This document shows positions 36,196 through 46,901 of a DNA stretch of 64,000 nucleotides, piece after piece. The notes under the pieces were generated by a model, which saw only the letters and a program-made list of their open reading frames with translations, was not told where the DNA came from and ran no database searches. A program made the translations under genes and the position numbers. Positions within the stretch are counted from its first letter, which is position 1; each line of letters opens with the position of its first letter. The stretch is from Candidatus Yanofskybacteria bacterium RIFCSPHIGHO2_02_FULL_43_17 (GTDB taxonomy: Bacteria > Patescibacteriota > Minisyncoccia > 2-02-FULL-40-12 > GWA2-44-9): the NCBI GenBank assembly GCA_001794435.1, contig MGJU01000013.1, forward strand, positions 90,256 to 154,255. The letters are read 5' to 3'.

Positions 36196-37011
36196 TTATC
36201 TAATCCTTTTCAAAAATCCGCCAGGATTACTGGTGATGAGTATTTTATTTTCAATCCAGCTATCAACTACAAAATTTTTATTGTTAGACAAAAAAGACTT
36301 AACCGCGGTAGCTGGGCTATTGCCTTTCCCCCAAGGCCTTTCGCCGATAATTTTACGCGGGAGATATTCGGCCACAGTATCAAAAATCACAATATAACTG
36401 CCCCGACTCACAAGGTCAGAGTATGCTTGAAGTTCTTTTAAGACATGGCCGTGAGAATGAGCTGAGTCAAGACAAACAAAAATTTTTTTATAATTTTTTG
36501 CTATTTTCTTTACCCTGTTAATAATGTTGGGGTCCGTAGACGAACCTTCCAGCATTGTTATGTATTTAGAAAATTTATGCTTTCTAATTTTGGACGTATT
36601 AACTACATTCTCCCTGTTTATATTTATATCAATACCGATAACTTTGCGTTTGCCACCAAGTAATTTTAATAGAGAGGCGTAGAATATAAGAGATCCGCCA
36701 CGGGCAATACCTGTTTCAATTATCAAATCGGGTTTAACTGAATATATCAATTCTTGCATAGCTACCATATCCTGCGGTGTTTGCACTATGGGTATGCCAA
36801 ACCAATAAAAATTATAGACGTATCCCCTGCCAAAACTTTCAATAAACCATTTTTTGCTTAAAGATCTTAAGGCCTTATTTCTAGAAAAATTACCAACCCG
36901 TTTTCTGACATCACTGTCAAATATTTCCGGATCGTACGGATTCTGTTTGTTATTCTTTCTATTCATCTTAATTAATCCCAAGAGAATTCTTTGAGATGCT
37001 TCTTGTACCAA
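36196..37011 (-). CDS. CmcI/cephalosporin-hydroxylase-family class I SAM methyltransferase (sugar O-methyltransferase-like)
   Basis: …IVQTPQDMVAMQELIYSVKPDLIIETGIARGGSLIFYASLL…. Confidence 0.6.
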   Translation of the reverse strand: MVQEASQRILLGLIKMNRKNNKQNPYDPEIFDSDVRKRVGNFSRNKALRSLSKKWFIESFGRGYVYNFYWFGIPIVQTPQDMVAMQELIYSVKPDLIIETGIARGGSLIFYASLLKLLGGKRKVIGIDININRENVVNTSKIRKHKFSKYITMLEGSSTDPNIINRVKKIAKNYKKIFVCLDSAHSHGHVLKELQAYSDLVSRGSYIVIFDTVAEYLPRKIIGERPWGKGNSPATAVKSFLSNNKNFVVDSWIENKILITSNPGGFLKRIR

Positions 37012-37910
37012 GCAACGCTTTGAGCAACTGCCTTATTCATCGGAGTGAGATCTTTAGGATAAAACTTAAGATGTTTTTTGAGGTCTTGCCATCCTTTTTC
37101 AGAAATTTCAACCACTGAATGTTTGTCTTCACCCGCTCTCATCGGTACGCGATTGACTTTTGATTTGGACTTGGTTGTTTTTAATATCAAGTCAACGGCT
37201 TTATTTATAGTCATTCCTCCGCCTACGCCGCTTTCGTAAATAATGTCGTTGGGGATATTGTCATAAAGAATTACCCTCGCAAGAACCTCGGCAAAGTCCT
37301 TTACATAAATCAGATCCATAACCTGGTCGCCTGTGCCATAAATAGTTATGTCTTTGTTCAATAACGCCGGAACAACCACATTAGGAAATATTTTTCTCAC
37401 AGGGCGATGATGCTGGCGTTCTCCAAAAACATTCATACCGCGCAAGACCCTTATATCCGTCCCGTGTTCTTTATTATACATGAGAGCTAATCTTTCTGCG
37501 GTTGATTTGGTAATAGAGTAAGGGTTATTCATCCAGTAATTGCCGACGGCGATCTGAAAACCTCTTTTTTTATGTTCTTTGAGAGCATGAAAAATATTAA
37601 TCGCGCCGACAATATTAACTTCAACGGGAGGAATTGGATTATTCACGGTCTCTGCTGTACCTAAAATCCCGGCCAAATTTACAGTAATATCATTAAAACC
37701 AACACCCTCTATAATAGAATCTCTATCTTTGACGTCACCCAAACGAAATCTGACCTTCCCTTTCCAGCCGTAATCCTTGAATTTTTTATCATCATAATAG
37801 CGGTCAAAAATAGTCACCTTGTGGCCTTTTGCCACCAGATTATCCACCAAATGCGACCCAATAAAACCCTGTCCTCCTGTCACTAATATTTTTTTGATTT
37901 TATTTTGCAT
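36972..37910 (-). CDS. NAD-dependent epimerase/dehydratase
   Basis: KILVTGGQGFIGSHLVDNL. Confidence 0.7.
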   Translation of the reverse strand: MQNKIKKILVTGGQGFIGSHLVDNLVAKGHKVTIFDRYYDDKKFKDYGWKGKVRFRLGDVKDRDSIIEGVGFNDITVNLAGILGTAETVNNPIPPVEVNIVGAINIFHALKEHKKRGFQIAVGNYWMNNPYSITKSTAERLALMYNKEHGTDIRVLRGMNVFGERQHHRPVRKIFPNVVVPALLNKDITIYGTGDQVMDLIYVKDFAEVLARVILYDNIPNDIIYESGVGGGMTINKAVDLILKTTKSKSKVNRVPMRAGEDKHSVVEISEKGWQDLKKHLKFYPKDLTPMNKAVAQSVAWYKKHLKEFSWD

Positions 37911-37912
37911 AA

Positions 37913-38857
37913 TTATTCATTCAGGTAACCCTTAATACCTTTTTCAAAAGATATCTTGGGCTGCCATTTTAATAGTTTTTTTGCTTTAGTAATATCTGCC
38001 GTACAATGTCTGACATCGTCAACTCTGGCTTTTTTGTACTCAATGGGACATTTATAATATGTGGCGATTTGGTTGATTGTTATCGGCTCGCCGCCCCCTA
38101 TATTAAAAACTTCTCCCTTACAAAACCCCGATCGCATTGCCATAATTGCCGCCCTTACCGCGTCAAAAACATGAACAAAATCCCTGCTTTGCTCACCGTC
38201 ACCATAAATTGTTAACTTGTTTTTGATTCTCTTGTCTCTAGAAAACGCGGCGGTCACATTAGGATAAGAGCCGCTTTCTGAATGGCGTTTAGTTCCATAA
38301 ACCCCAAAATATCTCAATACGACTGATGGAATATTAAAATATCGGGTAAAAAGGTCAAGATACAATTCTTGCATGTGTTTTTGGACACCGTATATTGTTT
38401 TAGGCTTAACGGGATTGTCTTCGGATACAGTCAAAACATCAGAGGCTCCGTAAACCATGCAGGAAGATATGTGAATAAATTTTTTAATATGCTTATTTTT
38501 AACACAGGAGTTTAATAAATTCAAGGCACCGTTAACGTTGGCACTGTGGCATGTATTGGAATGCTCCAGACAATATTGGATTCTCGGGATAGCGGCAAGA
38601 TGAAAAACATGATCAATATTTTTCAAAATAGGTTGTAATTTTTCCCCGGCTAATTTTGATCCGAGATCAAATTTAATAAATTTAGCTTTGGAATTTATAT
38701 TTTCAATTTTACCAGTACTAAGATCATCAACAACAGCAACACCATATCCAAGCTTAATAAGCTCATCAACTAAATGAGATCCTATAAACCCGGCCCCTCC
38801 GGTTACTAATACGTTTCCTGTCCTGAATTTTGTCGAAGGATTATTTTTCATCAACAT
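37913..38857 (-). CDS. NAD-dependent epimerase/dehydratase (tandem paralog 1)
   Basis: VLVTGGAGFIGSHLVDEL…; the C-terminus KAKKLLKWQPKISFEKGIKGY is shared with the next gene. Confidence 0.7.
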   Translation of the reverse strand: MLMKNNPSTKFRTGNVLVTGGAGFIGSHLVDELIKLGYGVAVVDDLSTGKIENINSKAKFIKFDLGSKLAGEKLQPILKNIDHVFHLAAIPRIQYCLEHSNTCHSANVNGALNLLNSCVKNKHIKKFIHISSCMVYGASDVLTVSEDNPVKPKTIYGVQKHMQELYLDLFTRYFNIPSVVLRYFGVYGTKRHSESGSYPNVTAAFSRDKRIKNKLTIYGDGEQSRDFVHVFDAVRAAIMAMRSGFCKGEVFNIGGGEPITINQIATYYKCPIEYKKARVDDVRHCTADITKAKKLLKWQPKISFEKGIKGYLNE

Positions 38858-39773
38858 CCTTTATGTAACCCTCGATGCCTTTTTCAAAAGATATTTTCGG
38901 CTGCCATTTTAATAATTTTTTTGCTTTTTTAATATCTGCAACATAACACTTGGCATCGCCTGGCCTTTGAGGAATATATTTTATCAAACAACCAAAAAAC
39001 CCGGCTACTTCGTTTATGGAAACCGTCATTCCTGTCCCAATATTAAAAACTTCGCCATTTTTGAATTTTGAATTCATGGCAATAATATTGGCATCGGCAA
39101 CATCAAAAACATGAATCATGTCCCTTCTTTGAGTGCCGTCACCAGTCACAAACACTTTGCCGTATTTCTTTTTTTGCTGGCTAAAAGCGGCCAAAACATT
39201 AGGATAAGAACCCGCCTCTGACTGCCTTTTGGTGCCATAAACAGTAAAATATCTTAGCATAATAGCTGACAATCCGTAAAGATTAGCATAGAGATTAATA
39301 TATTGCTCCTGCATAAGTTTTTGAAGTGCGTAAGGAGTACCGGGCAAGTTGAAAGGCACATCTTCTGCTATCGGCATTTTTTTCTGCAAACCATAAATAG
39401 CGCATGAAGATGAGTGTATAAATTTGTTTATCTTGTTTTTGACACAAGCTTCCAGTAAATTAAGTAGTCCATTGACATTAGCATTGTGACATTCGATGGG
39501 ATTTTCAACACTATATTGCATTCTGGGAATAGCGGCTAAATGAAAAACGTAAACCGCTCCGTTCAGGCATTTATTTAAAATTTTCGGTGCATTAGTGGCC
39601 GCCAAATTTAACTTAACAAACTTAGCTTTTCGATTAATATTGATTAATTTGCCAGTGCTTAAGTCATCAATAACCAATACTTGATAGCCAAGTTCAATAA
39701 GTTTATCGGTAACATAAGAACCGATAAATCCGGCTCCTCCGGTAACAACCACTTTTTTATTTATTTTAGACAT
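38841..39773 (-). CDS. NAD-dependent epimerase/dehydratase (tandem paralog 2)
   Basis: VVVTGGAGFIGSYVTDKL…; its C-terminus is near-identical to that of the preceding gene. Confidence 0.7.
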   Translation of the reverse strand: MSKINKKVVVTGGAGFIGSYVTDKLIELGYQVLVIDDLSTGKLININRKAKFVKLNLAATNAPKILNKCLNGAVYVFHLAAIPRMQYSVENPIECHNANVNGLLNLLEACVKNKINKFIHSSSCAIYGLQKKMPIAEDVPFNLPGTPYALQKLMQEQYINLYANLYGLSAIMLRYFTVYGTKRQSEAGSYPNVLAAFSQQKKKYGKVFVTGDGTQRRDMIHVFDVADANIIAMNSKFKNGEVFNIGTGMTVSINEVAGFFGCLIKYIPQRPGDAKCYVADIKKAKKLLKWQPKISFEKGIEGYIKDVDEK

Positions 39774-39785
39774 TTTGGCTTAAGC

Positions 39786-40952
39786 TTAAAATAGATAAAC
39801 CTGATCGTATATTTCACTGATGTGTTTCTGATATCGCCTAAAGTTCATCACTTTGCCGGGGTCGTCCATATATATCGTGCGGTAGAGGCCCAACAAAGAC
39901 TCGAGAAACAAGTTATAAAACCGGCTAGCTGGCGGTGTCCTGTATTTAATTTTATTTAACATGTCTTTGCTTTTTTCGCCATAAACCGTATCAAAAGAAA
40001 CCTCGCTAAGAACTGCGATCCGCTTGGCTTGCTTGTGATAAGACATAAAACATACTTCCACCAAAGAAGTGTGGGTCATCCCAACCAGAATATCATCGTC
40101 TCCAATCGGAAACCTTCGAATCGACCAAGCAATTTTTAAAGCCCTGAACAATTTGCCCGGTCTTAAAGAATAAAATGTTCTTGGAAAAATATTGATTGAA
40201 TCAAAATACGGCTTCAGATCATCCATCTTCATTACATCCCAGCGATGATGTCGACAAACAATTAAACCCATCTCTAATTGCGGGGAAATATTTTTGATAA
40301 GGTTAGACAATGTTATTATTTCCGCCAAAACCCCAGGAGTATCGGCGATAAAAAATACTTTTTTTGAACTATTTTTGAACAATTCCCGCAAGTTATTATT
40401 TAAGACTTCGTCTATATCGGTAGCAATTTTATAATCTTGAAATTCGTCGTTTAAATTAGAAATTAATGACTCTTTCGGCAACGGTGAAAAATACTCGCGA
40501 TAACCAGTCTTGGTTTCGGGCAAAAATAAAGGTTCGAACAATTCCAGAAAAATGAACGATGGAATACCCATTTTGTGAGCCGAAACGCAAGCGCCCGAAA
40601 TAGCCGAAAAAGTGTATTTAATATTGTTTATATTTTTTAATAAAAAAAACTCGCCGATATCGTCCGTGCCTACGATTTTAAAACCATCCAAATTGAGTTT
40701 TGTATACTCGTCTGTCTCCGCGGGATGAAGCTTATAGATTAATGCGCAACCCTTGCAATTTTTTCTTACATAATCAATACAGGCATTGGATAATTCTATG
40801 AATTTATCTTCCGGAATGCCGGGCGGCAAAAATTTAAAATCCGCGCCCCAAAAAATAACTCGATTGGCTCGGCTGGAATTATTCTCGCCACGCAGTAAAC
40901 CAAAAGGGATTTTCACCTTAAAAACATTGCCTTGATCGATGGACATAAACAA
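39786..40952 (-). CDS. uncharacterised protein, paralog B of the family of 17420..18646 (candidate glycosyltransferase)
   Basis: See paralog A. Conserved blocks across the whole length. Confidence 0.5.
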   Translation of the reverse strand: MFMSIDQGNVFKVKIPFGLLRGENNSSRANRVIFWGADFKFLPPGIPEDKFIELSNACIDYVRKNCKGCALIYKLHPAETDEYTKLNLDGFKIVGTDDIGEFFLLKNINNIKYTFSAISGACVSAHKMGIPSFIFLELFEPLFLPETKTGYREYFSPLPKESLISNLNDEFQDYKIATDIDEVLNNNLRELFKNSSKKVFFIADTPGVLAEIITLSNLIKNISPQLEMGLIVCRHHRWDVMKMDDLKPYFDSINIFPRTFYSLRPGKLFRALKIAWSIRRFPIGDDDILVGMTHTSLVEVCFMSYHKQAKRIAVLSEVSFDTVYGEKSKDMLNKIKYRTPPASRFYNLFLESLLGLYRTIYMDDPGKVMNFRRYQKHISEIYDQVYLF

Positions 40953-40975
40953 AATTATTTAGTATTTTTAAGACG

Positions 40976-42625
40976 ATGTCAATCGCAAAAAAGGTGGTGG
41001 TGTCCGTGTTTATTATAGTTTTGTTTTCCGCCGGAATTTTTTATTTTGACAAATATTTGTCAACCGGAGCAGATGTTGCCTATTATCTAGATCTTTCGGC
41101 TATTGCCTCCAGAGGAGGAAGTTTTTTAATTGACTATATTGATTATAGGATTCCTATTTTCTCTTTGATCTTCTCGCCAATTTACAAACTGGGGCTGTTG
41201 GATTTTCAAAATAGGTATCTGATGTTTTCTCTTATTTATTCTGCTTATGGATTAGCTTTATATTTTCTTGGATTTTCAATATCTAAATCGTCTTTTAAGT
41301 CCGTGGTTGCTACATTAATTGGCCTAATGTCAATTACTTCGGTTCAATTTGATCCGGCAAGAAATATAAGTGTCCCCCTGTTTTATCATACCCTCGAACT
41401 TGCCGGGCTACTAATTGTTCTCTCTTTTTTTCTGGGCAAACTGGGCAACGCAAAAAAAATTTACCAAATTACCGCTCTTTTGGCTGTTGGCTTGCTGTCA
41501 GGATTTTCTTTTTTAGGGCGGCAAACTCAAATTTTTCTCCCCGCCCTTTTTGTCGGATATTGTATTTGGTCGGTCTATGGTTATTTAATCGGCAAAATTA
41601 TTAGAAAGAATATCCTCTTTATCTTACCTTTTGGTTTAGGATTTGGCTTATCGGCTCTGATAATATTCTGGGCTATTTACACTCCTAACATTGAATTTTT
41701 TAAACTAGCCAAGGACTGGCTTTTTAACTATCCCCGCTATGCCTACAACACAACCTTTTATACTGTCGTCAAAAAATTTATAATCACCTTATACATGGGA
41801 CTGCCTGAACTTAGGAACATCAACCTACCCTTGTTCTGGCTGGCTTATGTTGGACTTATTGCCTATGCCTCCCGCCTTTTTGTTAATTTAAAGAACTTGG
41901 AAGACCTTAAAAATTACTACCAGAAAAACAAGAAGCCCCTACTAACAGTCGCAACTATCGCTGTCATGTCTATTTTTACGGTCTTACTCACCGGCTCAGG
42001 CGCCCGTAGCCATGAATCATCTTTCTTCACTTTATATTTTGCCATCCTCGTTTTTTCCCTCTCTAAGATAGGCCGCGAAAATTTTAAAAAAACTTTAACC
42101 ATCGGTCTATTAATTTTCATATTCGTATTGCCTAATCTAATTGACTTTGGTAAAAAAGAAGTACGGCAATATTTAAGCTACAAAAATCAGTATAATCCTG
42201 ATAAATTCACCCATCAAATTGCCGAAGAAATTAAAAAGATTGCCGATAAGAACGATACCGTTTTGGTATTAGGCGGCCATCCGACTGTAAGCCGACTGGT
42301 TGAATATAAACTATTTATGGGTCTCCCCGCTGATACTATCTCTTTTTACGCCGTACCCAAGATTCTCGGAACAGAATATTTTGACAAAGTAAAAAGTGAA
42401 TTTAAAAAAATAAAAATAATTTACAAACTTCCTGATTATCCTAACTTGCGGATTCTAAGCGGAGTAAAAGAAGACAAATCAAATGAAGTTTATCAATTTG
42501 TTGAAAACAGCATAAAAACTGAATTTAAAGAGTATTCCGTCGTAATTGACCCCAGCGTTGAAGCCGGCAATTTAAATTCTTATGGCCACCCAAAAGACAG
42601 AGCAATAATTTATATGAGAAAATAG
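40976..42625 (+). CDS. large polytopic membrane protein (GT-C-like glycosyltransferase or polymerase, putative)
   Basis: 549 aa with more than 12 hydrophobic helices. It lies upstream of a GtrB-like GT2. Confidence 0.4.
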   Translation: MSIAKKVVVSVFIIVLFSAGIFYFDKYLSTGADVAYYLDLSAIASRGGSFLIDYIDYRIPIFSLIFSPIYKLGLLDFQNRYLMFSLIYSAYGLALYFLGFSISKSSFKSVVATLIGLMSITSVQFDPARNISVPLFYHTLELAGLLIVLSFFLGKLGNAKKIYQITALLAVGLLSGFSFLGRQTQIFLPALFVGYCIWSVYGYLIGKIIRKNILFILPFGLGFGLSALIIFWAIYTPNIEFFKLAKDWLFNYPRYAYNTTFYTVVKKFIITLYMGLPELRNINLPLFWLAYVGLIAYASRLFVNLKNLEDLKNYYQKNKKPLLTVATIAVMSIFTVLLTGSGARSHESSFFTLYFAILVFSLSKIGRENFKKTLTIGLLIFIFVLPNLIDFGKKEVRQYLSYKNQYNPDKFTHQIAEEIKKIADKNDTVLVLGGHPTVSRLVEYKLFMGLPADTISFYAVPKILGTEYFDKVKSEFKKIKIIYKLPDYPNLRILSGVKEDKSNEVYQFVENSIKTEFKEYSVVIDPSVEAGNLNSYGHPKDRAIIYMRK

Positions 42626-42662
42626 AAAGTAGGACAATATTTTCTAGATTCTATTCAATTCA
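42615..42662. repeat. heptamer-repeat inverted array (ATAGAAAGTAGGA … TTTTCTAGATTCTA); family copy 4
   Basis: gagaaaatagaaagtaggacaatattttctagattctattcaattca. It overlaps the stop of the membrane-protein gene. Confidence 0.6.
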
Positions 42663-43394
42663 ATGAAAATTTTCATTACGGGTGTATCGTCAGGTATTGG
42701 CAAAGAATTTGTAATCCGCGCCATAAATCAAGGGCACGAGGTCTGGGGTTTGGCGCGCCGGAAAGAATTACTGGAAGAATTAAAAAAGGAGCTAGGAAAC
42801 AATTTAAAATTTTCTGTTTGCAATATTGAAGATCCAGAGGACATGCGCCAAACCGCAGCTAAAATGAGGCGAGAAAATTTCCTGCCCGATGTTGTCGTAC
42901 TGAACGCGGCCGTAAAATTAAATGATGCCGAAAAACTTATTCCTTTTGAATCAGTAAAATCATCCGTTGGTATTAATATAAACGGCTCTCTTTTCTGGGT
43001 TTCTGAATTTCTGCCGGATTTTATAAATAGGAACAGCGGAACTTTCATCGCCACTTCCTCCACCGCCGCTTTGCGTCCTGTCAAAGACAGTATTTCTTAT
43101 TCCGCGACCAAATCGGCTCTAGATATGGCTTTTCAATGTCTCCGTTTGAATTATTCCGATAAAAATATAAAATTTACAACCGTGCGGTTTGGGCCGATAG
43201 AAACAGCCATGTGGGAAGGAAGTAAAAGTTTTCTGGTCTCATCGCCAAAAAAAGCTTCGAAATTCATTTTTTCATTAGTGGATAAAAAATCAGGCATATA
43301 CTATTTTCCGTTTTTATCAACCTTAATCTTCCGATTATTATTATTTCTTCCCGATAAAACTTTTGGTATAATTACTTCTCTGATCAAAAAATGA
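42663..43394 (+). CDS. short-chain dehydrogenase/reductase (SDR)
   Basis: KIFITGVSSGIGKEF… glycine-rich motif. 243 aa. Confidence 0.7.
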   Translation: MKIFITGVSSGIGKEFVIRAINQGHEVWGLARRKELLEELKKELGNNLKFSVCNIEDPEDMRQTAAKMRRENFLPDVVVLNAAVKLNDAEKLIPFESVKSSVGININGSLFWVSEFLPDFINRNSGTFIATSSTAALRPVKDSISYSATKSALDMAFQCLRLNYSDKNIKFTTVRFGPIETAMWEGSKSFLVSSPKKASKFIFSLVDKKSGIYYFPFLSTLIFRLLLFLPDKTFGIITSLIKK

Positions 43395-44356
43395 TTGATT
43401 TTAAAAACAAAGACCTAATATCAGTTGTTATTATCTGCTACAAGGATGAGGGTAATATCGCGGAAATGCATAGGCGGCTGACAAAGGTCCTTTCGGGGAC
43501 TGATTTGGATTACGAGATTATTTTTGTAAATGACGGCAGTCCTGACAATTCTGAAATGATTCTGCGCAACATAGCCGAAAAAGACAATAAGGTTACCGTA
43601 ATACTTCAATCAAGAAATTTCGGCATCCAAAACGCTTTCACTGCCGGAATGGAGCAATCCCTCGGCGATGCGGTCGTGATTATGGACGGCGACCTGCAGG
43701 ATCCGCCGGAGTTAATTCCTGAATTTATTAAAAAATGGCGGGAAGGTTATGAAGTGGTTTGCGGCATCAGAAGAAAACGGGAAAAAAGCATGGGAGAATT
43801 AAAAAGCTGGGTTTACCATGTGTTTTATGTAATTTTTAGAAAAATCTCCTACGTAAAAGTTGTGGAAGATTCCGGAGAATTTTCTCTCATGGACCGTAAG
43901 GTAGTTGACTTGATAAATAAAATGCCTGAACGCAATCGCTTTATTCGAGGTTTGAGAGCTTGGGTCGGATTTAAACAAACCGGTATTCCCTTTGTTCGGC
44001 CGGAAAGATTCTCGGGCACATCCACTAACAGCTTGATTGCTAATACCAAATGGGCAAGAACGGCTTTCTTTTCTTTCTCTTATGCGCCAACAGAGATGGT
44101 CTCGCGAATTGCCTTTTTGGCCGTACTGACGGCATTGACAGCAATCATTGTTTATATTGCATCTTACTTTATAAAGGGCGTGCCAAGCGGTTTTACCACT
44201 ATTCTGATTGTCGTTTTGTTTTTAGGAGCAATACAGCTCCTGTCTTTGGCTGTCATGGGAGAATATTTGGCCAAAGTTTTTGAGGAAGTTAAACAAAGAC
44301 CAAAATACATCACTAGGGAAGTACTAAATAATCATCGACAAAAGAATGGAAATTAA
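43391..44356 (+). CDS. GT2 polyprenol-phosphate sugar transferase (GtrB/ArnC-like)
   Basis: ISVVIICYKDEGNI…IFVNDGSPDNS…MDGDLQDPPE…, with C-terminal TM helices. Confidence 0.8.
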   Translation: MIDFKNKDLISVVIICYKDEGNIAEMHRRLTKVLSGTDLDYEIIFVNDGSPDNSEMILRNIAEKDNKVTVILQSRNFGIQNAFTAGMEQSLGDAVVIMDGDLQDPPELIPEFIKKWREGYEVVCGIRRKREKSMGELKSWVYHVFYVIFRKISYVKVVEDSGEFSLMDRKVVDLINKMPERNRFIRGLRAWVGFKQTGIPFVRPERFSGTSTNSLIANTKWARTAFFSFSYAPTEMVSRIAFLAVLTALTAIIVYIASYFIKGVPSGFTTILIVVLFLGAIQLLSLAVMGEYLAKVFEEVKQRPKYITREVLNNHRQKNGN

Positions 44357-45092
44357 TATAAGCATTAAGGATGACCGAGGATATAGCCAGGGCTTTAGGC
44401 CTTCTGAAGCAATGACAATTAGAACAGAAAGAAGGTGTGATGCAATTATTTCCGAATTTAAAAACACAAAAGACGTCAAAATTCTAGAGATCGGCTGTGG
44501 GACCGGAGAAATGTCCAATCTGTTGGCCCAAAAAACAGGCCAACAGGTATTGGGAACCGACATCTGCGAACCTTTTATAGAAAGCGCGAGACAAAATTAT
44601 AAATTGCCCAATCTTAATTTAGTCGTATTGGATTTCAACAATAAACAACAAACTCAAAGCATTGTTGGCGATACCAAATTTGATTATATAGTCGGTAACG
44701 GAATCCTGCATCATTTTTTCTATCAACTTGATGAAACTTTAGGAAATATTAAAAATCTGCTCAATTCTTCCGGTAAAATAATATTTTGGGAGCCCAATAT
44801 ATTAAATCCTTATTGTCTGTTTATCTTTAAAACTCCAGTCCTAAGAAAAATGGCCTATCTGGAGCCGAACGAAATGGCTTTCAGTAAAAAATTTATAGCT
44901 AAAAAATTGACCGATCTCGGCTATCAGAATATAAAGGTATCTTACCGCGATTTTCTTCTTCCCAATACCCCGAAACATTTGATAAGGTCGGTAATAAAAA
45001 TCGGCGATATCACCGAAAAAACACCTCTTAAGTTTCTGTCTCAATCAATATTTATAGTCGCGACTAAGCAATCAAAAGTCCTAAAAATATAA
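44346..45092 (+). CDS. class I SAM-dependent methyltransferase
   Basis: ILEIGCGTGEMSNLLAQ motif I. Confidence 0.65.
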   Translation: MEINISIKDDRGYSQGFRPSEAMTIRTERRCDAIISEFKNTKDVKILEIGCGTGEMSNLLAQKTGQQVLGTDICEPFIESARQNYKLPNLNLVVLDFNNKQQTQSIVGDTKFDYIVGNGILHHFFYQLDETLGNIKNLLNSSGKIIFWEPNILNPYCLFIFKTPVLRKMAYLEPNEMAFSKKFIAKKLTDLGYQNIKVSYRDFLLPNTPKHLIRSVIKIGDITEKTPLKFLSQSIFIVATKQSKVLKI

Positions 45093-45130
45093 AAAACGGC
45101 TGATTATAATCAATCGTTGATTTCTAGAGA

Positions 45131-45976
45131 TTAAACGAGTTTGTGTTTGTCGAGATAATTATTAACAAAATCCACGTATCTGAGAAGGGTTTCTTCTTCC
45201 TTGCCATCTTCGCCTCTTGCCGCTTGAAGTATAAGACTGCCTTTATACTTCTTTTCCTTTAACCCCTCAAAGAGATGGTTAAAATTAGCTGAACCAGTGC
45301 CCAAAGCAACAGTACTACCGCCTTTAACTCTGTCTTTTATATGGACATTTCCTATTAAATGGCCGAAGCGGGACATCTCCTCGGAACAATCATAACCCAG
45401 ACTGGAACTATTTCCGCTGTCGTAAACTATATGAATTTTAAAACCCTCAAATTGTCCGATGAGATCTACCAAATCTCCGGCTTTGAGATCCGATTCAATA
45501 CCGATGTTAATTTTATGCTTCCTGGCCATAGACAGGCAGGATTTTACCGCCGCAACAAACTGCTTTCTTTCTAAAGAAGTTTTTAGGGATCCGTTATCTA
45601 AAATGGGGATTTCTATATTGCGAGCGCCTATTTCAGAAGAGTACTTAATAAGCTTTTTTAGAACTTTAATATTATCGGCTATAATTTTTTTATCATTCCT
45701 AAAAAATGGCCTCCTCATAAAAAAATCAGCGCAAATATGGTTCACCTTAACTCCCGATTTTCTGATCAGTTTTTTTATTTTGCGCCGGCCGGTAGCAGAC
45801 CAAAGAGGGTTTTCTTTATATCTGTCCAAGTCAAAAATAAATTCTATTTCATCGAACCCCAGCTTAGCTGCTTTTCCGAATTCATCTTCCCATTCTTCAA
45901 ATGGAAAGAACTGAATACCTCGCCCCTTTGGAGGAGTCAGTCTGCCTTGCATTATTCCAATTGAAATATTTTTCAT
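45131..45976 (-). CDS. sugar phosphate isomerase/epimerase (xylose isomerase-like TIM barrel)
   Basis: KLGFDEIEF…NVHIKD motifs. 281 aa. Confidence 0.6.
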   Translation of the reverse strand: MKNISIGIMQGRLTPPKGRGIQFFPFEEWEDEFGKAAKLGFDEIEFIFDLDRYKENPLWSATGRRKIKKLIRKSGVKVNHICADFFMRRPFFRNDKKIIADNIKVLKKLIKYSSEIGARNIEIPILDNGSLKTSLERKQFVAAVKSCLSMARKHKINIGIESDLKAGDLVDLIGQFEGFKIHIVYDSGNSSSLGYDCSEEMSRFGHLIGNVHIKDRVKGGSTVALGTGSANFNHLFEGLKEKKYKGSLILQAARGEDGKEEETLLRYVDFVNNYLDKHKLV

Positions 45977-45995
45977 TCCTGGTATTAGCTATTCT

Positions 45996-46838
45996 TTACC
46001 AAACTGTTCGTCCACCATCCATAATCAAGTTAGCACCTGTCATATACGAGGAAGCGTCTGAACATAAAAATAAGATTGCCGCTTTATATTCATCTTGCGT
46101 TGCCATTCTGCCAAGGGGAATAAGCTTAGCCAATTTCTGGACAAACTCTTCAGGAGTATTGCGATAAACTCCGCCGGGAGATATTGAATTAACTCTAATC
46201 CCCGATTCAGCCCAATAAGTCGCTAGGTATTTGGTCAAACCGATTAAGGCGTGCTTTGTAACTGAATAGGTGACCGGCTTAACCGGCTGTTGATGGGACT
46301 TAAGCCCTTCTTTTCTATAGAGTCTCTGATCCGGCGCTATTACTCCAAGATCTGATGAAATATTCAAAATGACACCCTTCCCCCTTTTTGCCATCAAGGA
46401 GCCGGCATACTTGCTCATCAAAAATGCTCCCGTAACTCCGACATCAAAATCTTTTTGCCAAACTTCAATCGGAAAATTTTCCAAGCGGGAAAAATCTTTT
46501 TGACCCTGTCCGACTTGAGGATTATTAGCAGCATTATTAATTAGAACAGATATGGGACCAATTTCTCTTTCTATTTTATTTACTGTTTTTTTGACTAAAT
46601 TTTCATTAGTAATATCTAGCTGATAGCCCCAAATTCTCCTGGGATAAGCCCTCTTAAGTTTGCTGACCGCATCCGATAGCCGTTCATCATTAACATCGAG
46701 CAGAACAACTCTGCCATTGCCGTCAAGCAGAGCTTCGGCATGTTTCAAGCCCAAAAACCCGGCTCCGCCGGTGATTAAACATACTTGTTTTTTGAGGTCA
46801 AAGTTTTGTAAAGTATTTTTTGTCACAATTGACAACAC
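45996..46838 (-). CDS. SDR-family oxidoreductase
   Basis: VCLITGGAGFLGLKHAEAL…. GTG start. Confidence 0.7.
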   Translation of the reverse strand: MLSIVTKNTLQNFDLKKQVCLITGGAGFLGLKHAEALLDGNGRVVLLDVNDERLSDAVSKLKRAYPRRIWGYQLDITNENLVKKTVNKIEREIGPISVLINNAANNPQVGQGQKDFSRLENFPIEVWQKDFDVGVTGAFLMSKYAGSLMAKRGKGVILNISSDLGVIAPDQRLYRKEGLKSHQQPVKPVTYSVTKHALIGLTKYLATYWAESGIRVNSISPGGVYRNTPEEFVQKLAKLIPLGRMATQDEYKAAILFLCSDASSYMTGANLIMDGGRTVW

Positions 46839-46901
46839 CTGTTTTACTCATTAAAGTTAGGTGTCTTAAGAGATACCTGGATTATACTAAACACAATCAT
46901 T

